Source of the DNA: a virus
Length of the DNA: 46,730 nt
IMG/VR virus record: IMGVR_UViG_3300049211_000017
Coordinates: 1 to 46,730 of that record
Strand: one strand, 5' to 3'
Made by a program: the position numbers and the translations under genes. Position 1 is the stretch's first letter. The number at the start of each line of letters is the position of its first letter. Under the pieces are notes generated by a model. That model saw only the letters and a program-made list of their open reading frames with translations. It made no database searches and had not been told where the DNA came from. Shown here piece after piece: positions 16,848-24,315 of this stretch.

Positions 16848-18320
16848 CTAGGCGGCCCATTGCTCATATCCGCTCGTATCCGGGTTCCAGTTGAGCGTGA
16901 CCTGGCCCATCTTGCCGGGGAGCCCCATACGGACCTTCGCGACCTTCACGTCGACCAGTGTCGATGTCAGATCCTCGCGATGAATGACGACTCCATAATC
17001 CGCCTTGTTCGCAAAATTGGCTGAGCCAGCGAGGTCGTACAGCGATGGCTTGCGGAGCCTGCCATCCATCTGCGGCTTGCGGGGATGCGCGACCAGCCAG
17101 ACCGCGCATTCGTAGAGTTTGGCGAAGCGCTTGAGCGACCGGATGGCGCGGCCGGTGTAGTCGGTTTCGCTTTCATCCGAGCGCCGCTTATGCTCGATCT
17201 CGTTCCAAGGATCGATAACCAGCAGGCGGATGCCATCCCTCAAGACCGCGACCTTCGCCAACTCCAGCAGATAATCGAGGTCCATTTCGGTGTCCTCGTC
17301 ATCGGCCGTCTGCGCGATGATCCCGAATTTCTGCTCCATCACCTCATCGGCTGGGCCATAGCTCAGGCATTCGGGCTTGAACTCGGCGAGCCCGTACATG
17401 GCGGCACGGAGACGGCGTTGCAAGATCGGCTTCACCATCGTCTCGAACGACGCCAGCGCGATCGGGACGCCCTTCTTGAGTAGCTTCGCCAGCGCCGCCA
17501 ACAGCCATGACGACTTGCCCTGCCCCGCATAGCCGGTGATCACGGTGAAGGTGCCTGGGACCAGTTTGAACAGGTCGTCCAGTCCATCGATGCCGATCGC
17601 CAATGATTGGATCGGCGGCGGCTCGGGGAAATCCTCGAACCGATAGAGCCCCTTCACCGGGTAGGGCTTGGCGCCGTTGATCAATTCAACCATCGCCGCG
17701 TGACCATGGGTGATCAAGACATCGTTCAGGTCTTTTGATCCCTCAGGATAGCGGACGAACCGGCAGCGCTCCGGTCCCAGCAAGCGAGCGAGGTCCGCCG
17801 CCAACGCCCGTCCCGGTTCGTCCGCATCGGTTGCGAGGATGAAACTCTGCACCTTGTCGATCAGGTCTCGGCTGCGCTGGATGAACTCGTATCGCCGCGC
17901 CTCGAACGGGTTGTCGGCCTCGCTGGGTGGAGCTCCGTTCGGTACCGACATTGCTAACGGAAAGCCCGACTGGATCGCCGCCAGCGCGTCCCACTCGCCC
18001 TCCGTGATGATCACCGCCGCCCCGTTCTGGACTTCCGGCGCCAGCAGCACGTCGTGGTTCCACAGCGCGAGGGGCGCGTCCGTGTCCATCCGATGACGCT
18101 TTTCGGAGGTCTGCCGGTACTTGTGATTGATCGTTCGCCCGCGCTCCACATAGGGCACGGTCAGCCAGAAGCCGTTGCCGTCTTGCGTCGTTGCGATGCC
18201 GAATTTCTCGGCCAGCGTCGGATCGAGATTGCGCGCCATGATCCATGCCTTGTGCCGTTCGTGTATCGACATTCGTTCCGCTCCATCCACAGTTATGGCA
18301 TCGCCACGCCATTCCGCCAT
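16848..18320 (-). CDS. Toprim primase + DnaB/RecA-type helicase fusion (490 aa, T7 gp4-like architecture)
   Basis: Toprim motifs (IITEGEWDALA, ILATDADEPG). Walker A GYAGQGKS and Walker B LLVIDPWNE. Confidence 0.85.
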   Translation of the reverse strand: MAEWRGDAITVDGAERMSIHERHKAWIMARNLDPTLAEKFGIATTQDGNGFWLTVPYVERGRTINHKYRQTSEKRHRMDTDAPLALWNHDVLLAPEVQNGAAVIITEGEWDALAAIQSGFPLAMSVPNGAPPSEADNPFEARRYEFIQRSRDLIDKVQSFILATDADEPGRALAADLARLLGPERCRFVRYPEGSKDLNDVLITHGHAAMVELINGAKPYPVKGLYRFEDFPEPPPIQSLAIGIDGLDDLFKLVPGTFTVITGYAGQGKSSWLLAALAKLLKKGVPIALASFETMVKPILQRRLRAAMYGLAEFKPECLSYGPADEVMEQKFGIIAQTADDEDTEMDLDYLLELAKVAVLRDGIRLLVIDPWNEIEHKRRSDESETDYTGRAIRSLKRFAKLYECAVWLVAHPRKPQMDGRLRKPSLYDLAGSANFANKADYGVVIHREDLTSTLVDVKVAKVRMGLPGKMGQVTLNWNPDTSGYEQWAA

Positions 18321-18423
18321 CCACCAGAAACACGCTCAAACACGGGTCTCGCTTGTTCTTTCGCCCATCCGAACATTCGGGGCAGCGCTGCTTGCCAGAT
18401 TTTCGAGGCGTCCAACCGGTCAT
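18277..18423 (-). other. Primase zinc-ribbon coding segment, in a frame -1 nt offset from the Toprim-helicase ORF
   Basis: MTGWTPRKSGKQRCPECSDGRKNKRDPCLSVFLVDGGMAWRCHNCGWSG has CxxC-N22-CxxC. The rest of track ORF 17743..18423 is Arg/Gly-rich shadow sequence. Confidence 0.6.
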
Positions 18424-19154
18424 ACTTGGAACCCCGCGACCCTTGCCTGCCGCTCATCGGCGGTGGCCCGGCTATGCCGCGCCGCTAGCCAATTTGACGT
18501 GGACATGAACCACCGAGATCGCGCGCCAGGATCGGCCTCGGTCGCCAGCCAGTCGTCTCGCGATTGAAGGACCGCGCGCAGATCGAGGTTTGGATAGGCC
18601 GCCTGCCATTGGCTGAACTGCCCCTCCTTGAGACGAATCACTCTGCCGGAAAATGCATAGTCGCTCGCCGCGTCAGCGGTTAAACTTCTTTCTTCTTCTT
18701 TCTTATCCTTCTTATATTCTTCTTCTTTGCCCCGCTGTTGCCCCGCTGTTGCCCCGTTTTCCGGAACAGCGTTGCCCCGGTCTACTGCTTCTGGGGACTG
18801 ATATTTGTCGTAATTACAGATAGATATTACCGACTGGCCTTGCCCCGCTGGGTGCCCCGCTGTTGCCCCGTTTTTTGAACAGATTGAAATCATGCTTTCG
18901 GCGGATAATCGCTTCAAAAAACGGTCTACGCGGCTCTTCGACCAGCGCCATTTTTCTGCCATGAACCGTTGGGCAAAACACAGTTGACCACGAATGAGAT
19001 CGATCACCACGCCCTTGACGCGCAGCTTGGTTGGGCGCCATGCGGCATGCTCGACCAGCCACACCCATGCGTCGCGCTCGCTATATTCGGCATTGCCAAA
19101 CAGCGGATTGTCCTGCCACCCCCGTGCCATCTGGTAGAACCCCCGTTCAGCCAT
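18420..19154 (-). CDS. Replication initiator / replisome organiser candidate (244 aa)
   Basis: Winged-helix-like N-terminal half (RDAWVWLVEHAAW...RGQLCFAQRFMAEKWRWSKSRVDRFLKRL). Iterons are embedded mid-gene, as in lambda O. Confidence 0.6.
   Translation of the reverse strand: MAERGFYQMARGWQDNPLFGNAEYSERDAWVWLVEHAAWRPTKLRVKGVVIDLIRGQLCFAQRFMAEKWRWSKSRVDRFLKRLSAESMISICSKNGATAGHPAGQGQSVISICNYDKYQSPEAVDRGNAVPENGATAGQQRGKEEEYKKDKKEEERSLTADAASDYAFSGRVIRLKEGQFSQWQAAYPNLDLRAVLQSRDDWLATEADPGARSRWFMSTSNWLAARHSRATADERQARVAGFQV
18681..18870. repeat. Origin-of-replication candidate: 7 iterons plus an AT-rich tract
   Basis: TTGCCCCG core at 18727, 18738, 18749, 18772, 18840, 18852 (GTGCCCCG) and 18863. 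Spacing within clusters is 11 bp. They are flanked by a pyrimidine-rich AT tract (18681-18727) and split by an AT-rich spacer of about 60 bp. Confidence 0.7.
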
Positions 19155-19355
19155 CTATGCAGTCTCCAGGCCGTAGGCTTCGATGAGAAGCTGGGCATCC
19201 TCATCTGACACCGCAAAGCGCTCCCACGCAGCTAAGATAAGCCCCTTCCGCCCCTCTGCCGTGGGGCACTTATTCAATATCTGCTGGAAGCCATACAATG
19301 CCTCCGCACGCGCCATGATGGGCTGGATCAACTCTCCGATCGCGCGGGCGCTCAT
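19155..19355 (-). CDS. Hypothetical protein (66 aa)
   Basis: Track ORF, coupled to its neighbours. Confidence 0.5.
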   Translation of the reverse strand: MSARAIGELIQPIMARAEALYGFQQILNKCPTAEGRKGLILAAWERFAVSDEDAQLLIEAYGLETA

Positions 19356-19693
19356 GCCATCACCGTGACGACCACACGGCCGCCCTTGATTGGATCGCTG
19401 TAAATGTATTCGGGGACAAAGCGGCGATCGTTGACAGCCATCGCATCGGCAATCCCGTCAATCCCGGCCTTGATCCATCCGGGCATGTTCTGGCGGTCGG
19501 GACGGCGCGAGGGCGGGAAGAACTCCACCGTCACCACGATGTCACCCTTACCATCGGGGGCGCTGGCATGCACGCTCTTGGCCGCCCAATATGCGGTGGT
19601 CCGATACGCTTTGGTTGCGCGGGATCGCGTGTAATGATGCGGTCGCGCGTTGGGGCTTAGCTCCCTCGGGGGCCATGGCAGAACGATATTCAT
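19352..19693 (-). CDS. rusA: RusA-family Holliday junction resolvase (113 aa from ATG 19693)
   Basis: LSPNARPHHYTRSRATKAYR and DRQNMPGWIKAGIDGIADA motifs. Confidence 0.8.
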   Translation of the reverse strand: MNIVLPWPPRELSPNARPHHYTRSRATKAYRTTAYWAAKSVHASAPDGKGDIVVTVEFFPPSRRPDRQNMPGWIKAGIDGIADAMAVNDRRFVPEYIYSDPIKGGRVVVTVMA

Positions 19694-19833
19694 CCTCGCC
19701 GCCTCCGCTCTTCGTCGCGCACGAGACGCGTTGAGACTGCTGGCGAGAGATTCCACGACCGGCCCCATTCGATCGGCTCGGTTGGGAGGCGGTCGCGGAT
19801 ACGTAGCGCTTGCATGGCGAGATTCTCGGCCAT
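19690..19833 (-). CDS. Hypothetical micro-ORF (47 aa)
   Basis: ATGA/GTGATG coupling at both ends. Confidence 0.3.
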   Translation of the reverse strand: MAENLAMQALRIRDRLPTEPIEWGRSWNLSPAVSTRLVRDEERRRRG

Positions 19834-19973
19834 CACCGGCCCCACCTCTCGACCCATGACCCAGCAGCGGCAAACCCCGCCCCGGACAAACCGAACATGG
19901 TGGCGGTAAGGAACAGCACGATGCTGATGATCGAAAGCGCGAGGACGGCGATGGTGGAGATGAGGTGCTTCAT
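19833..19973 (-). CDS. Hypothetical single-pass membrane peptide (46 aa)
   Basis: MKHLISTIAVLALSIISIVLFLTATMFGLSGAGFAAAGSW. ATGA overlap with the upstream gene. Confidence 0.4.
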   Translation of the reverse strand: MKHLISTIAVLALSIISIVLFLTATMFGLSGAGFAAAGSWVERWGR

Positions 19974-20257
19974 CAGAACGCCCCCATCGTGATGCGCTGG
20001 CGGCTATGCGCGCAGCCAATGTCGCCCCGCACCGCGCAGCGCGGGCAGGGATCGCGGTCGACCCAGATCGGAACATAGGCCGCCGGGATGGTCCAGTCCG
20101 GCGGCGCAAGGCCGTCCCGCCGGTGTTTAGTGCCGTCGCGGCGGTTGGCATAGAGCCGGCGCTGCATCGCCTTGTAGCAGGTGCGGCAGCGGACCTTGCC
20201 GTCGCCCTTGCTGTTGGTGTTCTCGGGAGAGCGGGGATGGCCGCAGCGATAGGTCAT
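19973..20257 (-). CDS. Zinc-ribbon protein (94 aa from ATG 20257), paralogue of 20254..20769
   Basis: CGHPRSPENT...VRCRTC at the N-terminus and DRDPCPRCAVRGDIGC at the C-terminus. Confidence 0.6.
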   Translation of the reverse strand: MTYRCGHPRSPENTNSKGDGKVRCRTCYKAMQRRLYANRRDGTKHRRDGLAPPDWTIPAAYVPIWVDRDPCPRCAVRGDIGCAHSRQRITMGAF

Positions 20258-20769
20258 GCCGCTAGCCTCACGCAGTTGCAGCCGTGATCGGCGCGGGTGC
20301 CGCAATAGGTGCATGGATCACGATGAACACGCGGCATGCTGTCGGCTTCGGGAACGGCATGGACGCGACCGTCCAGCACGAGATCACGGATGCTGCCGGC
20401 GGTCGGGCGAAGGGTTTTCTTGCCGGTCGCGAGGATGGTGGCAACGCGCACCGAACGGAGGATGCGGTCAACCCGGATCAGCCCAGCGCGCTCCAGATGC
20501 CCGAGGATGCGCGCGCCCGACGAACCACTGGAGAAGTCCAGAGCGAACGCAATATCCTCGTTCGACGGACAGGGTTTGCCGGTATTGGCGGCGGCCTCGA
20601 TCATGGCGAAGACGTGGGCGATATGCTGATCGCGCATCGGGTTCTTGCGCTCTTGGTACGCGCGCCGCGATATTTCCCGGCGACATTCCCGGCAGCGCAC
20701 GCCAGCCGATCCGATCGATTGCGTATTATCCTCTGTGCGTGGATGCCCGCAGGGCCAGCTACCGCTCAC
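20254..20769 (-). CDS. Zinc-ribbon + winged-helix DNA-binding protein candidate (171 aa)
   Basis: CGHPRTEDNT...VRCRECR, a central wHTH-like ILGHLERAGLIRVDR, and a C-terminal HRDPCTYCGTRADHGC. Confidence 0.6.
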   Translation of the reverse strand: MSGSWPCGHPRTEDNTQSIGSAGVRCRECRREISRRAYQERKNPMRDQHIAHVFAMIEAAANTGKPCPSNEDIAFALDFSSGSSGARILGHLERAGLIRVDRILRSVRVATILATGKKTLRPTAGSIRDLVLDGRVHAVPEADSMPRVHRDPCTYCGTRADHGCNCVRLAA

Positions 20770-20981
20770 GCCATGTCGCCATGGATCTCGGCGGCGAGGA
20801 TAGGGTCTTTCGCCATGCGGTTACGGCGCTTGGTCTCGATCTCCTTGCGCTTGGCTTCGGACTTGGCGATCTGGAGGATGAGCGCTTGATTGGTCGCCCG
20901 CGAAAGGGCGGCGAAAGAAATGTCGGCCTCCAGTTCCAGCTCGCGGAACCGGGACCATGGCCAGATGCGATCGAGGATCAT
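20766..20981 (-). CDS. Hypothetical protein (71 aa)
   Basis: Track ORF, coupled (ATGA). Confidence 0.5.
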   Translation of the reverse strand: MILDRIWPWSRFRELELEADISFAALSRATNQALILQIAKSEAKRKEIETKRRNRMAKDPILAAEIHGDMA

Positions 20982-21014
20982 GCGGCGTCCTTTCCGTGTG
21001 TGTTCTGTTAAACT

Positions 21015-21167
21015 TTAATCGTCATTGCGCGGGTGCTGACCTGCCTCATACCTTCGGCCAATGCGGTGCGCGGCATGGAGAGCGGCAGCCGCTGCGCCCA
21101 TCGCGAACACCAGAAAGCCGAACATCGCCAATACGGTCGCAGCGAGCCTGAGCAGGAAATCAATCAT
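21015..21167 (-). CDS. Hypothetical membrane peptide (50 aa)
   Basis: MIDFLLRLAATVLAMFGFLVFAMGAAAAAL. ATGA overlap with the upstream stop. Confidence 0.4.
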   Translation of the reverse strand: MIDFLLRLAATVLAMFGFLVFAMGAAAAALHAAHRIGRRYEAGQHPRNDD

Positions 21168-21433
21168 GCGGTTGGCTCCAATCGCTGCGAGACAAGCCGG
21201 ACATATCCTTCAATGTCGTGCCAGCTATCGTGGTAGTCGGGATCGCCATTAAGGATGCGCCCGATCTTGTGAGCGACCATCTCCAGCGCCTCCTTCATAT
21301 CGGCGGGTAGGCTGTCCCAGTTGCGGCTGAGGCGCATCTGAAGCTTGAGCGCCTGAGTGATGCCGGCATGGCTGGCGAAGTCGCCGTAGCGGTTGCCGCG
21401 CGCGGACAGCGTGGCGTTGATGTCCTCGCTCAT
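21164..21433 (-). CDS. Hypothetical phage protein (89 aa)
   Basis: RGNRYGDF...VAHKIGRILNGDPDYHDSWHDIEGY resembles a widespread small phage family; I am unsure which one. Confidence 0.6.
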   Translation of the reverse strand: MSEDINATLSARGNRYGDFASHAGITQALKLQMRLSRNWDSLPADMKEALEMVAHKIGRILNGDPDYHDSWHDIEGYVRLVSQRLEPTA

Positions 21434-21572
21434 ACAGCCGTCCTTTCAGCATGCGGGCAGGCGGCGATCTCGTAGGGCTTCCACGAGGCGCAGCGGGTGG
21501 CGTGGAGGGGCAAGCGACAGTGGGTGCAGCGGCTGGACTGTGGTGTCTGTGCTGTCGGCCCCCTGGCCACCG

Positions 21573-21815
21573 CTAGGACGCTTTAGCGCTTGCGGCGGCG
21601 CCGTCTTTGGCTATCCGAAAAGGGGGCGCGATCCCGAAAAAGTCATTGGCCGTGACCAGGCCGGCGGTGACTTCGACGATCCGCAGCATGAGCGGGCGCG
21701 ATGGAATCTGGTCACCACCACGCAATCGCGTGATGGTCGATCGTTCGGCCCCCACCATGTCGGCAAAAGCCGCGTCGGTGAGATTGGTCTCGGCGAGATA
21801 TTGGGAAAGTTTCAT
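21573..21815 (-). CDS. Cro/CI-type HTH regulator (80 aa from ATG 21815)
   Basis: LTDAAFADMVGAERSTITRLRGG helix-turn-helix. First gene of the leftward unit. Confidence 0.7.
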   Translation of the reverse strand: MKLSQYLAETNLTDAAFADMVGAERSTITRLRGGDQIPSRPLMLRIVEVTAGLVTANDFFGIAPPFRIAKDGAAASAKAS

Positions 21816-21963
21816 GCGGCGTAGAGTGAACTGTGTACACGGGTTGGTCAAGGGGGAATGTGCAAGCTTTTCGTTGTGACCATGAAAAATAATGTGCGGG
21901 ACAGGCACTTTTTAGCATTGACAGGTGCGTGCGCGTTCTACACACTGCATCCATACAGAACGC
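21816..21963. promoter_or_regulatory. Divergent early control region
   Basis: Leftward: TTGACC (21851-21846), 17 nt, CACTCT (21828-21823), then 7 nt to ATG 21815. Rightward: TTGACA (21918-21923), 17 nt, CACACT (21941-21946). The palindrome GTGTACAC (21833-21840) lies in the leftward spacer. AATGTGC occurs twice. Confidence 0.45.
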
Positions 21964-22317
21964 ATGGAGCAAGAGATGGCGACCGAGCAATTCCCCGTCA
22001 CGAACCGATACACCGGCGCCCAGAGCGCACGGTCCAGCGCACTGGTCCTGCTCAACAGCCACTGCGGCAAACTCCACCGTGCTCTGAAGATCACCAGCGA
22101 CCCCTGCACCCGCGAGCTGGCCAACCAGTATCTCGGGCAGCTTGAGCTCGCGATCGAACAGGCGATGACCGCACCGGCGGCGGCCCAGCTGATCCTCGGT
22201 GAATGGGGCGCGAACGGATACGGCCCCGGTGTGGATAGCGTCCTCGCCGATGCGGAAGCGCACGCGGCGCTGGATGCGCGGCCGAAGCTGCATCTGTTCG
22301 GGAGGGTGGAGCGATGA
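21964..22317 (+). CDS. Hypothetical early protein (117 aa; alternative ATG 21976 has a better SD)
   Basis: First ORF of the rightward unit. Confidence 0.55.
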   Translation: MEQEMATEQFPVTNRYTGAQSARSSALVLLNSHCGKLHRALKITSDPCTRELANQYLGQLELAIEQAMTAPAAAQLILGEWGANGYGPGVDSVLADAEAHAALDARPKLHLFGRVER

Positions 22318-22637
22318 GGGGATCATTCACTCCCGGGCCATGGAAAGCCGCTCCCTTTTCGTCGATTGTTGGCTGGCCCATCAGCGCGCAGCCAGACCCG
22401 AAAAGAAACACGGTCATCATAGCCGGAGTCCATGGCTTTTTCGGCGAGGACTACCGCGCCGAGGTTGAAGCGAACGCCCGCCTGATCGCCGCCGCGCCTG
22501 AGTTGCTGGCAGCGTGCCGAGTGGCAGAGTGCGCCGTCGAGGAACTTTGTATTGGGCAGGACCCGGCGAATCAATGTTGGGTGACTCTCGCTGAAATCCG
22601 CGCCGCCATCACCAAGGCGACGGGAGGCGCGGCATGA
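22314..22637 (+). CDS. Hypothetical protein with PGPW...ANARLIAAAPELL motif (107 aa)
   Basis: Motif shared with 29806..30249. Confidence 0.6.
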   Translation: MRGSFTPGPWKAAPFSSIVGWPISAQPDPKRNTVIIAGVHGFFGEDYRAEVEANARLIAAAPELLAACRVAECAVEELCIGQDPANQCWVTLAEIRAAITKATGGAA

Positions 22638-22909
22638 ACGCCATCACCGACATCACCGCGCCGCGCCGCAACCGCCAGCACTTCACCGGGCTAATCCTCG
22701 CGACCATCCGGCAAGCCTGCCGCGCGACCGAGGTTAAGGTTCACCATGGGCAGCAGAACGGGTCCTACGGCGTCCATCAGGCGCTGGTGAAGCTGGATAG
22801 CGATCCGACCGATTATCGCCTGATCCTCGCGCCCGCCAATGCCCCGATCACGATCAACGGCCGCCCCATCGATGAGCATTTCGCGAAGGAGTTGAACGAT
22901 GTCGTGTGA
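22634..22909 (+). CDS. Hypothetical protein (91 aa)
   Basis: Track ORF, ATGA-coupled. Confidence 0.55.
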   Translation: MNAITDITAPRRNRQHFTGLILATIRQACRATEVKVHHGQQNGSYGVHQALVKLDSDPTDYRLILAPANAPITINGRPIDEHFAKELNDVV

Positions 22910-22988
22910 GAACCGTGCCATCCCCCTCTTCGTGATCGGCTTCCTCGCGATGTTCTTGGCCCCTCTGGTTGTGGAGATGACGCGGTGA
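22899..22988 (+). CDS. Hypothetical membrane micro-peptide (29 aa)
   Basis: MSCENRAIPLFVIGFLAMFLAPLVVEMTR. Coupled at both ends. Confidence 0.3.
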   Translation: MSCENRAIPLFVIGFLAMFLAPLVVEMTR

Positions 22989-23197
22989 TCAACTGGAATG
23001 ACTCCTTGCGCGTCAAAGCCACTGGCAAGCGCGCTGAGCTGGCAAGCGAGCCCCTCAATTTCAACGGCTGCCACCGCGTCTTCATCCCATCGGGGCCGGG
23101 GCATATCTCGACCTTCTGGCTGTACGACGACAACGGCATCTGTCGCGTCGATGGCAAGCCGGGTCCGATGGATATTGAGAACGACACCACGTCATGA
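22985..23197 (+). CDS. Hypothetical protein (70 aa, GTG start)
   Basis: Track ORF. Confidence 0.45.
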   Translation: MINWNDSLRVKATGKRAELASEPLNFNGCHRVFIPSGPGHISTFWLYDDNGICRVDGKPGPMDIENDTTS

Positions 23198-23331
23198 CCC
23201 ACCTCCGCACCCTCGCCCGCAACATCGGCACGCCCCTCGAATGGTATCGCGAGGAAGACCGCTTCGGCCGCTTCACGATGGTGCTTGGGCTGGTCGTCGG
23301 GTTCGCGCTGATTGGGGCGAGCTTCACGTGA
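23194..23331 (+). CDS. Hypothetical C-terminally anchored membrane peptide (45 aa)
   Basis: ...FTMVLGLVVGFALIGASFT. ATGA overlap. Confidence 0.35.
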   Translation: MTHLRTLARNIGTPLEWYREEDRFGRFTMVLGLVVGFALIGASFT

Positions 23332-23356
23332 GCGGGCGGGCAGTAGGAGATTGATA

Positions 23357-23683
23357 GTGGCATATTCCGATATTGATTGTTTCGGCGTCTCTAGCACTGC
23401 GGATTTTTATCCGGAATTAGACGATCCCGAATCCTTCGATGGCGACACGATAACGTGGACTTTCCAACTGCCTAGGCAGCAGGAAACTGGGGCAGGGATT
23501 TATCGCATCCAGTTCGTGCGAATTCTCACCCGCGAAGAAAAAGACATGCCTATAGGCAAGGTTCTCGCGTCAGCGAACACCGGCTCCCCTTCGTATGACA
23601 CGCCCGCCTCATCCGGTGACACCGGCATGCAGGGCTCGCCGCCAGCGTGCGAGGCAACGCTCGCGGCAACCGGAGATCAATAA
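23357..23683 (+). CDS. Hypothetical protein (108 aa, GTG start)
   Basis: AGGAGA lies 6 nt before the GTG. Confidence 0.5.
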   Translation: MAYSDIDCFGVSSTADFYPELDDPESFDGDTITWTFQLPRQQETGAGIYRIQFVRILTREEKDMPIGKVLASANTGSPSYDTPASSGDTGMQGSPPACEATLAATGDQ

Positions 23684-24315
23684 TGGAAACGTCTGACAGT
23701 TCGGCCATGTCCGCCAAGATCGTGGCGGCGATTGCCGCCGTGATGGGCAAGGTGCCGAAACTCGCCAAGGGCGAGCGCAACACACATGCCAATTACAACT
23801 TCGCCTCGATCGACGACTTCCTGGAGGCTGTCCGCCCGCTGATGGCGGATGCCGGATTGGTCATCGCCTCGGATGAGGATTCATTCGAGGTGTTGGACGG
23901 CGGGTGGCTGAAGATGCGCTTCGCCTTCTCGGTCCATTGCGGCGGTGATAGCTATGGCCCGCTCCGTCGCTCGATCATGACGCAATCGAAGATGGGATCG
24001 CAGTCGTTCGGTGCCGCACAGTCTTACGCCGAAAAGCAATTCCTGCGCTCGCTGTTCAAGATCGCGACCGGGGAAGGGGACGCCGACAGCCATGCACAGG
24101 TTCCACTAACACGGACAAGTTCCAGTCCCCCGCGCGATACCGATCGCATCACCCCCAAGCAAGTCGAAGCATTGCAGAAGCTGGCCGATGAGGTCGGCGC
24201 CGATGTCCGCAAATTCTGCGCCTACGCGAAAATCACGGTCCTTGGCGACATTCGCGCAGCCGACTTCGATCGCGCGGTTGAGACGCTTGAAGCCAAGAGG
24301 AAGCAGGCAGCATGA
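23683..24315 (+). CDS. erf: Erf-family single-strand annealing protein (210 aa)
   Basis: NYNFASIDDFLEAVRPLMADAGL and FGAAQSYAEKQFLRSLF motifs. TAATG coupling. Confidence 0.75.
   Translation: METSDSSAMSAKIVAAIAAVMGKVPKLAKGERNTHANYNFASIDDFLEAVRPLMADAGLVIASDEDSFEVLDGGWLKMRFAFSVHCGGDSYGPLRRSIMTQSKMGSQSFGAAQSYAEKQFLRSLFKIATGEGDADSHAQVPLTRTSSSPPRDTDRITPKQVEALQKLADEVGADVRKFCAYAKITVLGDIRAADFDRAVETLEAKRKQAA

Noticed and set aside
17743-18276. Remaining 177 codons of track ORF 17743..18423, after the zinc ribbon.
   Set aside because: After CGWSG the translation becomes Arg/Gly/Ala-rich nonsense, while the overlapping frame carries the Toprim motifs. Only the first 49 codons or so look genuine.
18727-18870. 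Short direct repeats that could be mistaken for a mini CRISPR array.
   Set aside because: The units are 8 bp with an 11-bp period, lie inside a coding gene, and have no spacers of CRISPR size. They fit replication iterons.
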